Notes: generated by a model not told the origin, from the sequence alone. A stretch of DNA of 64,000 bases from Bacillota bacterium (GCA_051746745.1 JBNJFJ010000002.1:5420-69419); one strand, 5' to 3'; counted from the first letter of the stretch, positions 40,359 to 51,550 are shown. Numbers and translations: made by a program.

Positions 40359-41144
40359 TTAATTTTGTGACGATTTTAATTTGTGTAGTTCAACTAAAAA
40401 CTTGTCATTTAAGACTTTAATATATGTCCCCTTCATTCCAAGAGAACGTGATTCAATGACACCAGCTGATTCTAACTTGCGCAGCGCATTGACAATGACT
40501 GAACGGGTAATACCGACACGATCGGCAATTTTACTTGCGACAAGTAAACCTTCTTTTCCATCAAGTTCTGCAAAGATATGTTCAATCGCTTCTAACTCAC
40601 TGTATGACAATGAACTGATTGCCATTTGAACAACCGCTTTTGATCGTGCTTCTTGTTCAATCTCTTCTGATTTTTCATGTAAGATTTCCATACCAACAAC
40701 GGTCGCACCATATTCTGCTAACAGTAAATCATCATTATTAAAATCAGTGTTTAGGCGACTTAAGATTAATGTACCTAAACGATCGCCCCCACCAATAATC
40801 GGTACAATCGTTGTTAAGCCATCTTTAAATAAATCTTTATTTTCAACTGGGAAAGCTGTATAAGGGCTATCAATATCAATGTTTGATGTCGTTTCTTTAA
40901 TGTTAAATAAACTTTCCGTATATTCTGCCGGGAATTGACGCTCTTCTAACATCGCCTTCATTCGTGGATTTTCAATTTGTTGATTGATTGAGAAACCGAG
41001 TAATTTACCTTTACGACTGACCACAAAAATATTAGCACTCATAATTTCTTGAAGCGTTGAAGCCACATCATTAAAGTTCACCGACTTACCCGTTGTTCCT
41101 TGTAAAATTGAATTAATTTTTCGCGCGCGTTGTAATAATTCCAT
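40359..41144 (-). CDS. codY: GTP/BCAA-sensing regulator CodY
   Basis: [38 protein letters not shown]. Confidence 0.99.
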   Translation of the reverse strand: MELLQRARKINSILQGTTGKSVNFNDVASTLQEIMSANIFVVSRKGKLLGFSINQQIENPRMKAMLEERQFPAEYTESLFNIKETTSNIDIDSPYTAFPVENKDLFKDGLTTIVPIIGGGDRLGTLILSRLNTDFNNDDLLLAEYGATVVGMEILHEKSEEIEQEARSKAVVQMAISSLSYSELEAIEHIFAELDGKEGLLVASKIADRVGITRSVIVNALRKLESAGVIESRSLGMKGTYIKVLNDKFLVELHKLKSSQN

Positions 41145-41159
41145 TGTAAACCTCCATTA

Positions 41160-42536
41160 TTATAAAATATATTGACTTAAGTCTTTATCTCGTGCTATTT
41201 TTTCTAATTTATCATCGACATACTGTGGAGTGATTTCAATTTCCACCATAGCCATTGCATCTGCCTCAAATGAGAGATCTTCCAACAACTTCTCTAATAT
41301 CGTATGCAGACGACGCGCACCGATATTATCCGTTTCTTGATTCACATGAAAGGCCACTTCAGCAATCCGTTTAATCGCCTCATCAGAAAATGTCACGGTA
41401 ACTTCTTCTGTTTTTAATAACGCCTGGTACTGCTTGAGTAATGCATTTGAAGGTTCTGTTAAAATCTTAACAAAATCATCGACAGTCAGTTTCTCAAGTT
41501 CCACTCGCACCGGGAAACGCCCCTGCAACTCAGGAATGAGATCAGACGGCTTCGACATATGAAAAGCACCAGCAGCAATAAACAGTATGTGATCGGTCTT
41601 TACCGGTCCATACTTCGTTATGACCGTAGACCCTTCAATAATCGGTAAAATATCACGCTGGACCCCTTCGCGTGATATATTGGCATCGCGTGAAGATTGA
41701 CCCGCCACTTTATCAATCTCATCTATAAAGACAATGCCGGCGTTCTCTACCCGCTCACATGCTGTTTGATACACATCATCTAAATCGATGAGTTTTAAAG
41801 CTTCTTCTTGTTTTAACACATCACGTGCTTCTTTAACTGATAGTTTGCGTTTTTTTATTTTTTTCGGCATCATGTTTGATAACATATCTTGCATTTGTTC
41901 CATCCCTTGATTGTTTCCTGTATCAAACATACCCGGTTGTTGTTCCTCCATTTCAATCGTCACAAGTTGATCTTCTAATTCACCTAAAGCTAATTGACGT
42001 TTTACTTGATCGCGTTTTTGCAACTTATCTTCTGTTGGTTCATCATCTGCTTCTGTTTCAGACGGTTGATTAAAGAACATTTCAAAGGGATTTTTAATCG
42101 CATGTTGTCCTTTTTTCCCGGTCGGCGCTAAGTAATCTAGTAAACGCTCATTCGCAAGTGCTTCTGCCTCGTCTTGAACGAGCAAGGTCCGCTCATCTTT
42201 TTCTAAACGAATAGCTGATTCCACTAAATCGCGAATCATTGATTCAACATCACGACCAACATAACCGACTTCGGTAAACTTTGTCGCTTCTACTTTAATG
42301 AACGGCGCACCGACAAGCTTCGCTAAACGTCTGGCGATTTCTGTTTTACCAACACCTGTTGGCCCCATCATCAAAATATTTTTCGGCGCCACCTCATCAA
42401 TTAAGTCTGAAGTGAGTTGCATGCGGCGATACCGATTTCTAAGGGCAATCGCAACAGAACGTTTGGCTTGATTTTGGCCAATAATATAGTGATCAAGCTC
42501 ACTCACAATTTCTTTCGGGGTGTATTCTTTTTTCAT
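41160..42536 (-). CDS. hslU: HslU (ClpY/CodX) ATPase
   Basis: [34 protein letters not shown]. Confidence 0.98.
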   Translation of the reverse strand: MKKEYTPKEIVSELDHYIIGQNQAKRSVAIALRNRYRRMQLTSDLIDEVAPKNILMMGPTGVGKTEIARRLAKLVGAPFIKVEATKFTEVGYVGRDVESMIRDLVESAIRLEKDERTLLVQDEAEALANERLLDYLAPTGKKGQHAIKNPFEMFFNQPSETEADDEPTEDKLQKRDQVKRQLALGELEDQLVTIEMEEQQPGMFDTGNNQGMEQMQDMLSNMMPKKIKKRKLSVKEARDVLKQEEALKLIDLDDVYQTACERVENAGIVFIDEIDKVAGQSSRDANISREGVQRDILPIIEGSTVITKYGPVKTDHILFIAAGAFHMSKPSDLIPELQGRFPVRVELEKLTVDDFVKILTEPSNALLKQYQALLKTEEVTVTFSDEAIKRIAEVAFHVNQETDNIGARRLHTILEKLLEDLSFEADAMAMVEIEITPQYVDDKLEKIARDKDLSQYIL

Positions 42537-42551
42537 TCTGTCACCTCTTTA

Positions 42552-43097
42552 TTACACTAATTCTTCAATGACGATTTGATCATTTGTATAAACACAAATC
42601 TCTCCAGCAATCGTTAAGGCATGTTGAGCAATTTCTTTTGCCGTTAAATCTTTCGCATACCTCTTCAAACTCCGCCCGCTGGCAAGGGCATAGTTGCCAC
42701 CAGATCCAATAGCTAATATGTCATCATCTGGTTCAATGACTTCACCTGTACCCGATACAAGTAACATCGTTTCTTTATTCATCACAATTAACATCGCTTC
42801 TAACTGTCTAAGTGCCTTATCACTTCGCCACTCTTTTGCTAATTCAACAGCGGCACGTGTTAAGTTACCGTTGAACTTTTCTAAATAAGCTTCGAATTTT
42901 TCGAATAACGTAAACGCATCAGCCACAGACCCCGCAAATCCTGCGAGCACTTTCCCATTAAACAAACGCCTTACTTTCTTTGCCTTATGTTTCATGACAA
43001 CAGCATTGCCCATTGTCACTTGACCATCACCACTCATTGCACATTGCCCGTTATGACGGACAGCAAATATCGTGGTCGCATGAAACTCTACTGGCAT
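42552..43097 (-). CDS. hslV: HslV (ClpQ/CodW) protease subunit
   Basis: [28 protein letters not shown]. Confidence 0.98.
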   Translation of the reverse strand: MPVEFHATTIFAVRHNGQCAMSGDGQVTMGNAVVMKHKAKKVRRLFNGKVLAGFAGSVADAFTLFEKFEAYLEKFNGNLTRAAVELAKEWRSDKALRQLEAMLIVMNKETMLLVSGTGEVIEPDDDILAIGSGGNYALASGRSLKRYAKDLTAKEIAQHALTIAGEICVYTNDQIVIEELV

Positions 43098-43110
43098 GTT
43101 TTCACCTCAT

Positions 43111-44016
43111 TTACTTCTTCTTCGCCCGCGGATGACTATGATCATAGACATCTTTTAACCGATCTTTCGTCACATGCGTATACAGCTGTGTAGAAGAAAG
43201 ATGGGCATGTCCCAACAATTCCTGTACACTCCGTAAATCTGCACCTTCGTTTAATAAATGTGTCGCAAATGTATGGCGCAACATATGAGGATGCACATGC
43301 ACCGTTAACGCGGCTTTTTCTGTTAATTTATTAAGTATCAATCGCATCCCTCTTGCCGTCAGCGATTTCCCCCTCGCATTTAAAAAAAGTGCTTCTGTGT
43401 CATTGTTTTGTAGTAATGTTTGTCTACCTTCATTAATATATCGCGTCAATGCTACCTCGGCGTAGGAACCAATAGGAATGTAACGTTCCTTATTTCCTTT
43501 CCCTAATACTTTGACGATATTAAGGGATAAATCTAGATCCTTAAGACTTAAACCTTGGCACTCGGCCACACGCATGCCTGTTGCATACAATACTTCTAAT
43601 AAGGCTTGGTCTCTCTGACCTAAAGGATCCTGTAAATCACTTACATCGAATAACTTGGATAGCTCTTCTTGATATAAAAAATCCGGCAATTTTTTATCTT
43701 GCTTCGGTAATCGGGTGCCGATGAAAGGGTTATCCGACACATACTGTTCTCTTTCCATGAATTTGAAAAACGTTCTGAGCGCCGATAACTTTCTTGAAAC
43801 CGTCCGACGCGACAGTGATTGTTCATATAAATCCATTAAAAAAAGACGTACACATGCGTCATCCACTTCATTCATCTCATTGATTTGTTCCTTCTCTATA
43901 AACAAGAAGAATTGATCAATGTCATGTAAGTATTCCTTTATCGTATAATCAGAGGCATTTTTCTCAATCTGCAAATACATTTTAAATTGATTTTTATACA
44001 TTGAAAATGCTTGCAT
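43111..44016 (-). CDS. xerC: Tyrosine recombinase XerC (CodV)
   Basis: LYATGMRVAE, HMLRHTFATH, LLGH...TQLY; first gene of the cod operon; ATG 44016 after AGGAGG. Confidence 0.95.
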   Translation of the reverse strand: MQAFSMYKNQFKMYLQIEKNASDYTIKEYLHDIDQFFLFIEKEQINEMNEVDDACVRLFLMDLYEQSLSRRTVSRKLSALRTFFKFMEREQYVSDNPFIGTRLPKQDKKLPDFLYQEELSKLFDVSDLQDPLGQRDQALLEVLYATGMRVAECQGLSLKDLDLSLNIVKVLGKGNKERYIPIGSYAEVALTRYINEGRQTLLQNNDTEALFLNARGKSLTARGMRLILNKLTEKAALTVHVHPHMLRHTFATHLLNEGADLRSVQELLGHAHLSSTQLYTHVTKDRLKDVYDHSHPRAKKK

Positions 44017-44049
44017 GAAATAAATCCTCCTAGTCAACCGATTAAATCA

Positions 44050-44078
44050 AACGTATCATATTCTCTCGCTTTTAGCAA
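44050..44078 (-). promoter_or_regulatory. Putative SigA promoter of xerC-hslVU-codY
   Basis: TTGCTA-N17-TACGTT with extended TG. Confidence 0.45.
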
Positions 44079-44222
44079 CTAATTTACCGAATTGCTTTAA
44101 CAATCTGAATCGTCTAACATTTTTGCGTTCGATATTTAAACCAATCATGTTCCGCTTCTACATGTCAAGTATATTTACTTACCAACGGATAATTATATAG
44201 TTGTTTAATTTAATTGTCAATG

Positions 44223-44237
44223 AATTTTCAAACAAAT
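44223..44237. promoter_or_regulatory. Possible CodY box
   Basis: AATTTTCAAACAAAT, 12/15 match to AATTTTCWGAAAATT, upstream of the cod operon. Confidence 0.3.
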
Positions 44238-44303
44238 CCACCAATTGTAACGATTGCGATTTTACTGACGACACATATGTGTTATTTTTCACATGTGTAA
44301 TGT

Positions 44304-44334
44304 AAAAGAGTACGCCTTAATAGGCGTACCCTTT
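44304..44334 (-). terminator. Terminator after topA
   Basis: AAAGAGTACGCCT-taat-AGGCGTACCCTTT hairpin with T-run. Confidence 0.8.
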
Positions 44335-44340
44335 AATCAA

Positions 44341-46419
44341 TTATGATTGTTGTTCTTCTTTGTAATCACAACTTGAACATTGAATCTGCGTACCTTTTTT
44401 CACTTTCTTTTCAACTAACATTTCATTACACTTCGGACACGGCCGTTCAATTGGCTTATCCCATGACAAGAAGTCGCAGTCAGGATATTGATCGCAACCA
44501 TAAAAGGTGCGTTTCTTTTTAGACTTACGCTCGACGATTTGCCCTTTTTTACATTTCGGACACGCCACGCCAATCTCTTTAAGGATCGGTTTTGTATTAC
44601 GACATTCTGGGAAGTTTGAACAAGCCATAAATTTCCCATAACGTCCCATCTTAAAGACCATTTCTGATCCACACTTTTCACACGTTTCACCGGCCGGTTC
44701 ATCTTTAATCTCAATTTTCTCCATTTCAGCTTCTGCTTTTGATAATCGTTTTTCAAAGCCTTGGTAGAAATCATCAATCAGATTGACCCACTTGATATCC
44801 CCATCTTCTATCCGGTCAAGGTCATGTTCCATTTGCGCAGTGAAATCGATATCGATCACTTCAGGGAAAAACTCAACAATTAAATCCATGACAATACCAC
44901 CGAGTTCCGTTGGCACAAATCGTTTATTATCAAGACTGACATAGCCACGTTTTTGAATGGTGTCTAATGTTGGTGCATAAGTTGACGGTCGTCCAATCCC
45001 TTTTTCCTCCATCGTTTTCACTAACCGCGCTTCTGTATAGCGCGGAGGTGGCTGGGTGAAGTGTTGATTCGGAATAATTTTATCAGCCTTAACAGTCATA
45101 CCTTCTTCTAGTTCCGGCAAGAGACGATCTTCATCCTTTTTATTATCATCATTTCCTTCAACATATACTTCCATAAAACCTTTGAATTTAATTTGTGAAC
45201 CGTTTGCTCTAAACTGGACACCGTTTTGATTTAATGTCACTGTCACTGTATCCATAACAGCTGGTGCCATTAAACTCGCGGTGAACCGTTCCCAAATAAG
45301 CTTATATAAGCGATATTGATCACGAGACAAAACAGTTTTAAGTGAAGCTGGTGTACGAAAAGCACTTGTCGGCCGCACAGCTTCGTGCGCATCCTGTGTC
45401 TTTTGTTTACTTTTCGATTGACGATCGGCTCCTAAGAACGTCTTACCATACTTATCTTCAATATATTGTTGTCCTTCATTACGTGCCGTTTCAGATAGCC
45501 GTGTGGAATCGGTACGCATATACGTAATTAAACCCGTAATCCCACCGTCTTTCTTACCTAAATCAATTCCCTCATAAAGTTGTTGTGCGAGCATCATCGT
45601 CTTACGTGCTCTAAAGTTTAATTTACGAGCCGCTTCTTGTTGAAGTGATGACGTCGTAAATGGAAGGGATGGGTTACGTTTACGTTCCCGTTTTTTCACG
45701 GATTCAACATTAAAATCCTTTGATGGTATTTTCTCTAAAATTTGATCGACATCTTCTTTTGTTGATAAGGATACTTTCTTATTGTCGACCCGATAAAATT
45801 GACCATCAAATAGTTCATTGTCTTTGTTAAACTTCGCATCGATTGACCAATATTCTTCTGGTTCAAAGTTTTTAATCTCATTCTCACGGTCAATAATCAT
45901 TTTAACAGCGACCGATTGAACGCGACCGGCACTCAAGCCTTTTTTTACTTTCTTCCATAGTAATGGGCTAATGTTATAACCAACAAGACGGTCTAAGATG
46001 CGTCGTCCTTGTTGGGCATCTACTAGATTCATATTAATCGAGCGTGGTTGTTTAAATGATTCTTTAATCGCGTCTTTTGTAATTTCATTGAAAACCACAC
46101 GACACTCTGAATCTTCATCAATGTTTAAAGCATGGGCTAAGTGCCAAGCAATTGCTTCCCCTTCACGGTCGGGGTCGGCTGCGAGATAGACTTTCTTTGC
46201 TTTTTTCGCAGCTGTTTTTAATTCTTTTAATACCGGTCCTTTGCCCCTGATGGTAATATATTTCGGTTTATAATCATTGTCATAATCAACACCCATTTGA
46301 GACTTTGGTAAATCAATGACGTGTCCCATTGATGCTTTTACTTTGTATTTACGACCTAAATAACGTTCGATTGTTTTCGCCTTCGCTGGCGACTCTACTA
46401 TTACTAAATAATCTGCCAT
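44341..46419 (-). CDS. topA: DNA topoisomerase I
   Basis: [36 protein letters not shown]-terminal Zn ribbons. Confidence 0.99.
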   Translation of the reverse strand: MADYLVIVESPAKAKTIERYLGRKYKVKASMGHVIDLPKSQMGVDYDNDYKPKYITIRGKGPVLKELKTAAKKAKKVYLAADPDREGEAIAWHLAHALNIDEDSECRVVFNEITKDAIKESFKQPRSINMNLVDAQQGRRILDRLVGYNISPLLWKKVKKGLSAGRVQSVAVKMIIDRENEIKNFEPEEYWSIDAKFNKDNELFDGQFYRVDNKKVSLSTKEDVDQILEKIPSKDFNVESVKKRERKRNPSLPFTTSSLQQEAARKLNFRARKTMMLAQQLYEGIDLGKKDGGITGLITYMRTDSTRLSETARNEGQQYIEDKYGKTFLGADRQSKSKQKTQDAHEAVRPTSAFRTPASLKTVLSRDQYRLYKLIWERFTASLMAPAVMDTVTVTLNQNGVQFRANGSQIKFKGFMEVYVEGNDDNKKDEDRLLPELEEGMTVKADKIIPNQHFTQPPPRYTEARLVKTMEEKGIGRPSTYAPTLDTIQKRGYVSLDNKRFVPTELGGIVMDLIVEFFPEVIDIDFTAQMEHDLDRIEDGDIKWVNLIDDFYQGFEKRLSKAEAEMEKIEIKDEPAGETCEKCGSEMVFKMGRYGKFMACSNFPECRNTKPILKEIGVACPKCKKGQIVERKSKKKRTFYGCDQYPDCDFLSWDKPIERPCPKCNEMLVEKKVKKGTQIQCSSCDYKEEQQS

Positions 46420-46478
46420 TTCTTCCCCTCCAAGAGGTTTCACATTTCAGTTTTTTAAATATCTGTGAAATCTCCACT

Positions 46479-46508
46479 ATTATTAAATAGAAGATTAGCA
46501 TTTGTCAA
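46479..46508 (-). promoter_or_regulatory. Putative SigA promoter of topA
   Basis: TTGACA-N17/18-(T)AATAAT. Confidence 0.55.
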
Positions 46509-46541
46509 ATGAAGAATAAGAAAAAGACAGATTTTCTTTCA

Positions 46542-47447
46542 TTATTCCTTGCAATTTTGGTTAATCATTTCCCAATTATGCTTATTCTCAAGCCATTCCT
46601 CCATGATATCTTGGGTATTTTGTACCAATTTTGCTCCTTGCTGAATTAAAGCATGACAGCCAGCTGTATTTGGATTCAGAATGTCACCCGGCATCACCAT
46701 CACAATCCGACCTTGTTCTAAGGCTTGATCGGCGGTTATCATCGTGCCACTTTTAAGCTTGGCTTCGATTATTAACGTCCCAAAACTTAAGGCACTTATT
46801 AAACGATTACGTTCAGGAAAATGGAACCTAGCGGGTTTAGTTTTTGGAGGATACTCTGAGAGGATTAAATGATGATGAAAAAGCTCGGCAAATAGCGCTT
46901 TATTCTCATAAGGATAGGGATACTGAAAGCCACTACCAATCACCGCAATCGTCCTTCCGCCACCTTTTACCGCTAATTGATGGGCAAGGCCGTCAATGCC
47001 TTTTGCCATCCCCGAAACAATCACAAAGTCTTTTAAAATAGGTAACAACAAGTGTTGCATCCGTTTTTCCGTATGAAGCGTTGGCTCACGCGAACCGATG
47101 ACACTCAGTCGGTTCGCTTGATGCACTAAGTGCGCCTGACCTAATCCATATAATACGACCGGTGGATCTGGAATTGTCCGAAACACGTATGGATAATCCT
47201 CATCTAGAATCGTCCAAGTTTTATACCTACGACTGGCTAACGCTTCAACAAACGCATTAAATCCTTGCTTTATTTTACTTGAAATATTTTTACATTCTTT
47301 AACAGTTAAGATGGTTAAAACAGAGGGATGACGATGAGTAATCGCCTCCGATAAAACATCATGATTCAATTTAATCAGTCTGTCCAGTTTTCGCCTTCCC
47401 AACCCGATTTCTTCATATAAAAAAATGACACACTCACGATTAGCCAC
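46542..47447 (-). CDS. dprA: DNA processing protein DprA (Smf)
   Basis: VSGMAKGIDG, FPERNRLIS, SGTMITA; GTG start after GGAGGTG. Confidence 0.95.
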   Translation of the reverse strand: MANRECVIFLYEEIGLGRRKLDRLIKLNHDVLSEAITHRHPSVLTILTVKECKNISSKIKQGFNAFVEALASRRYKTWTILDEDYPYVFRTIPDPPVVLYGLGQAHLVHQANRLSVIGSREPTLHTEKRMQHLLLPILKDFVIVSGMAKGIDGLAHQLAVKGGGRTIAVIGSGFQYPYPYENKALFAELFHHHLILSEYPPKTKPARFHFPERNRLISALSFGTLIIEAKLKSGTMITADQALEQGRIVMVMPGDILNPNTAGCHALIQQGAKLVQNTQDIMEEWLENKHNWEMINQNCKE

Positions 47448-47570
47448 AAGGCACCTCCAACAATTATTTTCCTTAGTGTAAAACATCTGCACATCACCTG
47501 TCGACTGAATCCCCCATGTGTGTCAATGACGGTTTATTAAAACCATCAAAATTCGTTTTAAGAAAAAGAA

Positions 47571-47601
47571 AAAAAGGGGTTTTTATTAAAAAAACCTCTT
47601 T
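47571..47601 (-). terminator. Terminator after ylqH
   Basis: AAAGGGGTTTTT-atta-AAAAACCTCTTT with a long T-run on the minus strand. Confidence 0.75.
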
Positions 47602-47618
47602 AGACGTCATCGGATTAT

Positions 47619-47930
47619 TTATTTTTCATTTGATCCCTTGTTTTTGTCACCACTTGATTTGTCCACTTGATAAATAAACGCAAACACCTCAGCAACAGCC
47701 AAATATAACTCTTCTGGTATCGCTTCGTTCACTTCAAGCTGCCCTAGTACTTCAACTAAACTTTTGTCTTCTTGAATCGGGACACCCGCCTCATGGGCAC
47801 GTTTGATAATTTCATCGGCGACATAGCCTTGACCTTTAGCTGAGACAACCGGGGCTAAATCTTTCGTTTCATCATAACGCAGGGCCATTGCTTTTCTTAA
47901 ATGATACGGTCTTTCGTTTTGATCACTCAT
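47619..47930 (-). CDS. ylqH: Stand-alone FlhB C-terminal domain protein (YlqH/FlhX)
   Basis: AMALRYD...APVVSAKGQG...IPEELYLAVAEVFAFIY aligns by eye with the FlhB segment after NPTH. Confidence 0.9.
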   Translation of the reverse strand: MSDQNERPYHLRKAMALRYDETKDLAPVVSAKGQGYVADEIIKRAHEAGVPIQEDKSLVEVLGQLEVNEAIPEELYLAVAEVFAFIYQVDKSSGDKNKGSNEK

Positions 47931-49777
47931 GCGCGCACATCCCATCTTTTTTGGTCGGTCACGACTTTCTTATACACCTCGTGATGGCTAACGACCGGTT
48001 CTTTATCTTTAAATGGACGATGGTGAAGCGAAGTCAAGTGATAATCAAGGCGAGCTAATCCGTCTTTTAATGACGGTTTAAACGGTTCTATAAGATTAGC
48101 TACTTCTTGGTTATTAATCACCGTCACTTGAATCATCCGATTTTGCACTGCCATATCTACAATCGTCTCACCAAGCGAACCAAGTGTGAGATAAAAAGCA
48201 ATATGACAATAATCAGGGTTGAGTTCTCCCGAAGCTTCTTTTTGTCCATACATTTCCAAATAGACTTCTTGGTCTTCCTCTGTCGTGATTGGTAAGGCTA
48301 TACCGTAATGAATAAAGTGCTCATCTTGTCTGACAATGGACAACTGTTGGTCTGTGAGTGACTGTATCAGTTGATCAAGTGCTGGCAGTTTCACCTCTTT
48401 TGATTGTTGGACATCTAATAACAGCTGTTTTAAAGTGACATGAGACTCCACTGAGTCCATGAGTTGTTGTTCGTACGTTAAGCCTGATTGTAAGAGAAAA
48501 TCTTTGACACCAACTAAAAATTGCTGTTCAACAGGAAGCGTTTGAAGTAAGTTTGTTTCTTTTATGAGTGGTGTCAGTGTTTTAAAATCTGTTTGTGTCA
48601 ATTGACGATCAAACAATTGGCTTAAAAGCACTCTTATATTTTCGCTCGTTTCACCTGTCGGGCTATCCATAAATTGTTGTAGCAACTGTTGTTGATCACC
48701 AGATAACTGCTGGGTGACTTTTTGTAAAATTGATGGATGTTCCTTAAGGAACGCGTGTAATTTCTCCATACCTACCAGTTGTTCCGTCGCGGATTTTTGA
48801 ATCAAGGTGACGTTTTCACTCGCTTCTTTTACCACAGTTTGAATCATGTCTTTATTGATTAATTGTTCAGCGTTGACATCCGATACATTGACTTCAGGAA
48901 ATACGTCGTTTATTTGTGCTTGATTTTGATTTAAAAACGTTTGCCGTTCATGTTGGTTAAGCGGGAGTCGTTCAAGTGATACCCATTGCTTTAATTGTTG
49001 TGCTGTCTGTTCGTTTACACCAAGTTGATTTTTAAATAATTGGGTGATGGTTTTTGGTAAGTCGGCTGTCTGATCTAAACGGATACCTTTTTGATCAAAC
49101 AACGCCATGACCTGTTCATGCTGTGTGTCTGTTAAAGTGGGCACGACTTGATTAGGCGTTGTGATAGGTGTTTTCACCCTAGACAGTTGGTGCATCAGCT
49201 GTGTCAGCTTGTCCGATGGCGCCAGATCGTTTAAGGCCTGCATCAATTGATCAACGAGCACCCCTGTTGAGTCTGTCATCACACGCGCAAATGACGTCAC
49301 CGTGTCACTTGAGAGCGGTAACTGGTGCTTAATCATATTCATTAACGCATCCTTTATTTTCGGCTCTGGGTGCTCTTTATAAATCGTTAACGCATCTTTG
49401 AACTGACTAGGCTTAACTGGAATATTTTCAGATAAGAGCTGACGTAATAGTTGCTCAGCTTCTTTTGTCACAGGTACACCCATATTTTTAAGTAGCGCAC
49501 CGAGTGATGCCTCCTGTTTTACCGCTTGTTGTTCTACCATTTTCAGTTCTGGAATATCACCAGAAGAAGTCACTTCAAATACATAACTTTGCCCCTTTTC
49601 AACCGGCACTTCAAGTTTAGCGGTGACACTTTGTTTCCCCATTTTAATCGTCGCCATTTGATCAGGATGCAATTGCTCAATCGTACCTTTTACAATTTGC
49701 CCCTTTGATAATGACAGCTTCGTATGTGATTGCGGGTGTTTTAATGTCTGGGCTTTATACTGACTTTGGACTTGCAT
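47927..49777 (-). CDS. ylqG: YlqG-like protein with FliK-like C-terminal domain
   Basis: 616 aa, Q/L-rich; C-terminal FYLTLGSLGETIVDMAVQNR; between rnhB and ylqH. Confidence 0.75.
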   Translation of the reverse strand: MQVQSQYKAQTLKHPQSHTKLSLSKGQIVKGTIEQLHPDQMATIKMGKQSVTAKLEVPVEKGQSYVFEVTSSGDIPELKMVEQQAVKQEASLGALLKNMGVPVTKEAEQLLRQLLSENIPVKPSQFKDALTIYKEHPEPKIKDALMNMIKHQLPLSSDTVTSFARVMTDSTGVLVDQLMQALNDLAPSDKLTQLMHQLSRVKTPITTPNQVVPTLTDTQHEQVMALFDQKGIRLDQTADLPKTITQLFKNQLGVNEQTAQQLKQWVSLERLPLNQHERQTFLNQNQAQINDVFPEVNVSDVNAEQLINKDMIQTVVKEASENVTLIQKSATEQLVGMEKLHAFLKEHPSILQKVTQQLSGDQQQLLQQFMDSPTGETSENIRVLLSQLFDRQLTQTDFKTLTPLIKETNLLQTLPVEQQFLVGVKDFLLQSGLTYEQQLMDSVESHVTLKQLLLDVQQSKEVKLPALDQLIQSLTDQQLSIVRQDEHFIHYGIALPITTEEDQEVYLEMYGQKEASGELNPDYCHIAFYLTLGSLGETIVDMAVQNRMIQVTVINNQEVANLIEPFKPSLKDGLARLDYHLTSLHHRPFKDKEPVVSHHEVYKKVVTDQKRWDVRA

Positions 49778-49800
49778 CCTCTCACCATCCTTTTAAACGC

Positions 49801-50577
49801 TCATAAATGAACTCTAACAGGCGCAAACGACCGACGATGAATCGGTGTGACGCCATGCTTTTTTAATCCTTCTAGGTGCTTCTTTGTCCCGTAGCCTTGA
49901 TTAGAGAAAAAATCATAGCCCGGATACTGTTTGTCGTAACGTGACATGAGGCGGTCACGGGTGACTTTTGCGATGACACTCGCCGCCGCAATAGAAATGC
50001 TCTTCATATCGCCTTTAATTAACGATTGTTGTGGAATAGCTATGTTTAATTCAATCGCATCAAGTAATAGATAATCGGGTGTTACCTCTAATGATTGAAT
50101 CGCCTCTAGCATCGCTTGTTTTGACGCTTCTAAAATATTAATCGCATCAATCACTTCAGGCGACACGATGCCGATCCCAATCGCAAGGGCCTCTCGTTGA
50201 ATCGCTTGATAAAAATACTCGCGTTTTGATTCAGATAACTGCTTTGAGTCTGTCAGTCCGATTAAATCACACGTTTCCGGTAAAATGACAGCCGCTGCGA
50301 CAACAGGACCTGCAAGCGGTCCACGACCAACTTCATCTACACCCGCAATCCACTGGTAGCTTTCTTTTCTCGCCACTTGTTCATATTTAAACTTTAGCTG
50401 ATAGTCTTTTTCTAACTGCGCTTGTTTTTGCTCATTTTTATAATAGCGCGTGAGTAGATCTTGTACCCCTTTTCGTTCATCTTGTTCAAGTATTCTGAGT
50501 GTATCTCTATCAACTACTTCACTTAATAGTTGTTTGATAGAACGAATTGATTGTTCGTGTAATGCCTGCTTCTCCAT
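49801..50577 (-). CDS. rnhB: Ribonuclease HII
   Basis: GVDEVGRGPLAGPV, DSKQL, IAAASVIAKVTRD. Confidence 0.97.
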   Translation of the reverse strand: MEKQALHEQSIRSIKQLLSEVVDRDTLRILEQDERKGVQDLLTRYYKNEQKQAQLEKDYQLKFKYEQVARKESYQWIAGVDEVGRGPLAGPVVAAAVILPETCDLIGLTDSKQLSESKREYFYQAIQREALAIGIGIVSPEVIDAINILEASKQAMLEAIQSLEVTPDYLLLDAIELNIAIPQQSLIKGDMKSISIAAASVIAKVTRDRLMSRYDKQYPGYDFFSNQGYGTKKHLEGLKKHGVTPIHRRSFAPVRVHL

Positions 50578-50680
50578 CCTTCACCCTACTCTCTTACTGT
50601 TTATATCGTATCGATCAATTAAAAGTGAATACAATTTTCGATTGATTTTATTTTTTAAAAGATATAGACAAAAGACGCAC

Positions 50681-51538
50681 CTAGTGAGATGCGTCTTCTG
50701 GACGTTCTAATGATATTAATCCAAGTTTACCCGAGCGATAGTCCCGTATGATTAACTCAGCCGTTTTATCATAATCGACTTCATTACCTGGGGCAATCGC
50801 GCCTCTTAGACGACCGATATGATCAAAGATTGGGATAATCTCTTGGTTAAGGTCTTCAATTTGATAGCGTTCCATTAAGACATTTGGATAGTGTTCTTGT
50901 AAGTAACGCAATAAAAAGACAGCTAAATCATCCATATGAAGAATCTGATCTTTAATCGTACCAAGACAGGCTAAGCGGTAACCAATCACTTCATCTTCGA
51001 ATTTAGGCCAAAGAATACCTGGTGTATCAAGTAATTCAAAGTCTTTCTTCACTTTGATCCACTGTTGACTCGTCGTGACACCCGGACGGTCGCCCGTCTT
51101 CGCAATCTTTTTATTTGCTAAACGATTGATTAACGTCGACTTTCCAACATTCGGAATACCAATAATCATCGCTCGGGCAGGACGTGGCTTAATCCCTTTT
51201 TTACGCATCCGTTCCATCTTATCATGTGCCATGAGTTTCGCCGTTTCTACTACCTTTTTAATATCTTCTTTGCGATTCACATCAACACTAATCGCGCGTT
51301 CGCCTAAATCATTAAAGTGATCGATAAACGCATGCGTCACTTTTGGATCGGCTAAATCTTTTTTCATCAACACCCGCATTTTCGGTTTTTGATTTAAAAT
51401 TTGTTTCAGCATCGGGTTCTCGGAAGCAAAAGGCGCCCGTGCATCAACTAATTCAATCACAAAATCCACAAGTTTTAATTTTTCTTGAACTTCTCGTCTT
51501 GCTTTTGCCATATGGCCTGGGAACCATTGAATCGGCAT
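50681..51538 (-). CDS. rbgA: Ribosome biogenesis GTPase RbgA (YlqF)
   Basis: IQWFPGHMAKA, GIPNVGKS, DTPGILWPK. Confidence 0.97.
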   Translation of the reverse strand: MPIQWFPGHMAKARREVQEKLKLVDFVIELVDARAPFASENPMLKQILNQKPKMRVLMKKDLADPKVTHAFIDHFNDLGERAISVDVNRKEDIKKVVETAKLMAHDKMERMRKKGIKPRPARAMIIGIPNVGKSTLINRLANKKIAKTGDRPGVTTSQQWIKVKKDFELLDTPGILWPKFEDEVIGYRLACLGTIKDQILHMDDLAVFLLRYLQEHYPNVLMERYQIEDLNQEIIPIFDHIGRLRGAIAPGNEVDYDKTAELIIRDYRSGKLGLISLERPEDASH

Positions 51539-51550
51539 ATTTATCACTCC

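Noticed and set aside
43111-44016. Tyrosine recombinase as a mobile-element integrase
   Set aside because: It is the housekeeping xerC/codV in its standard operon, with no att sites or cargo
47530-47600. ComK boxes upstream of dprA
   Set aside because: The single AAAA-N5-TTTT match lies inside the terminator stem and has no properly spaced partner
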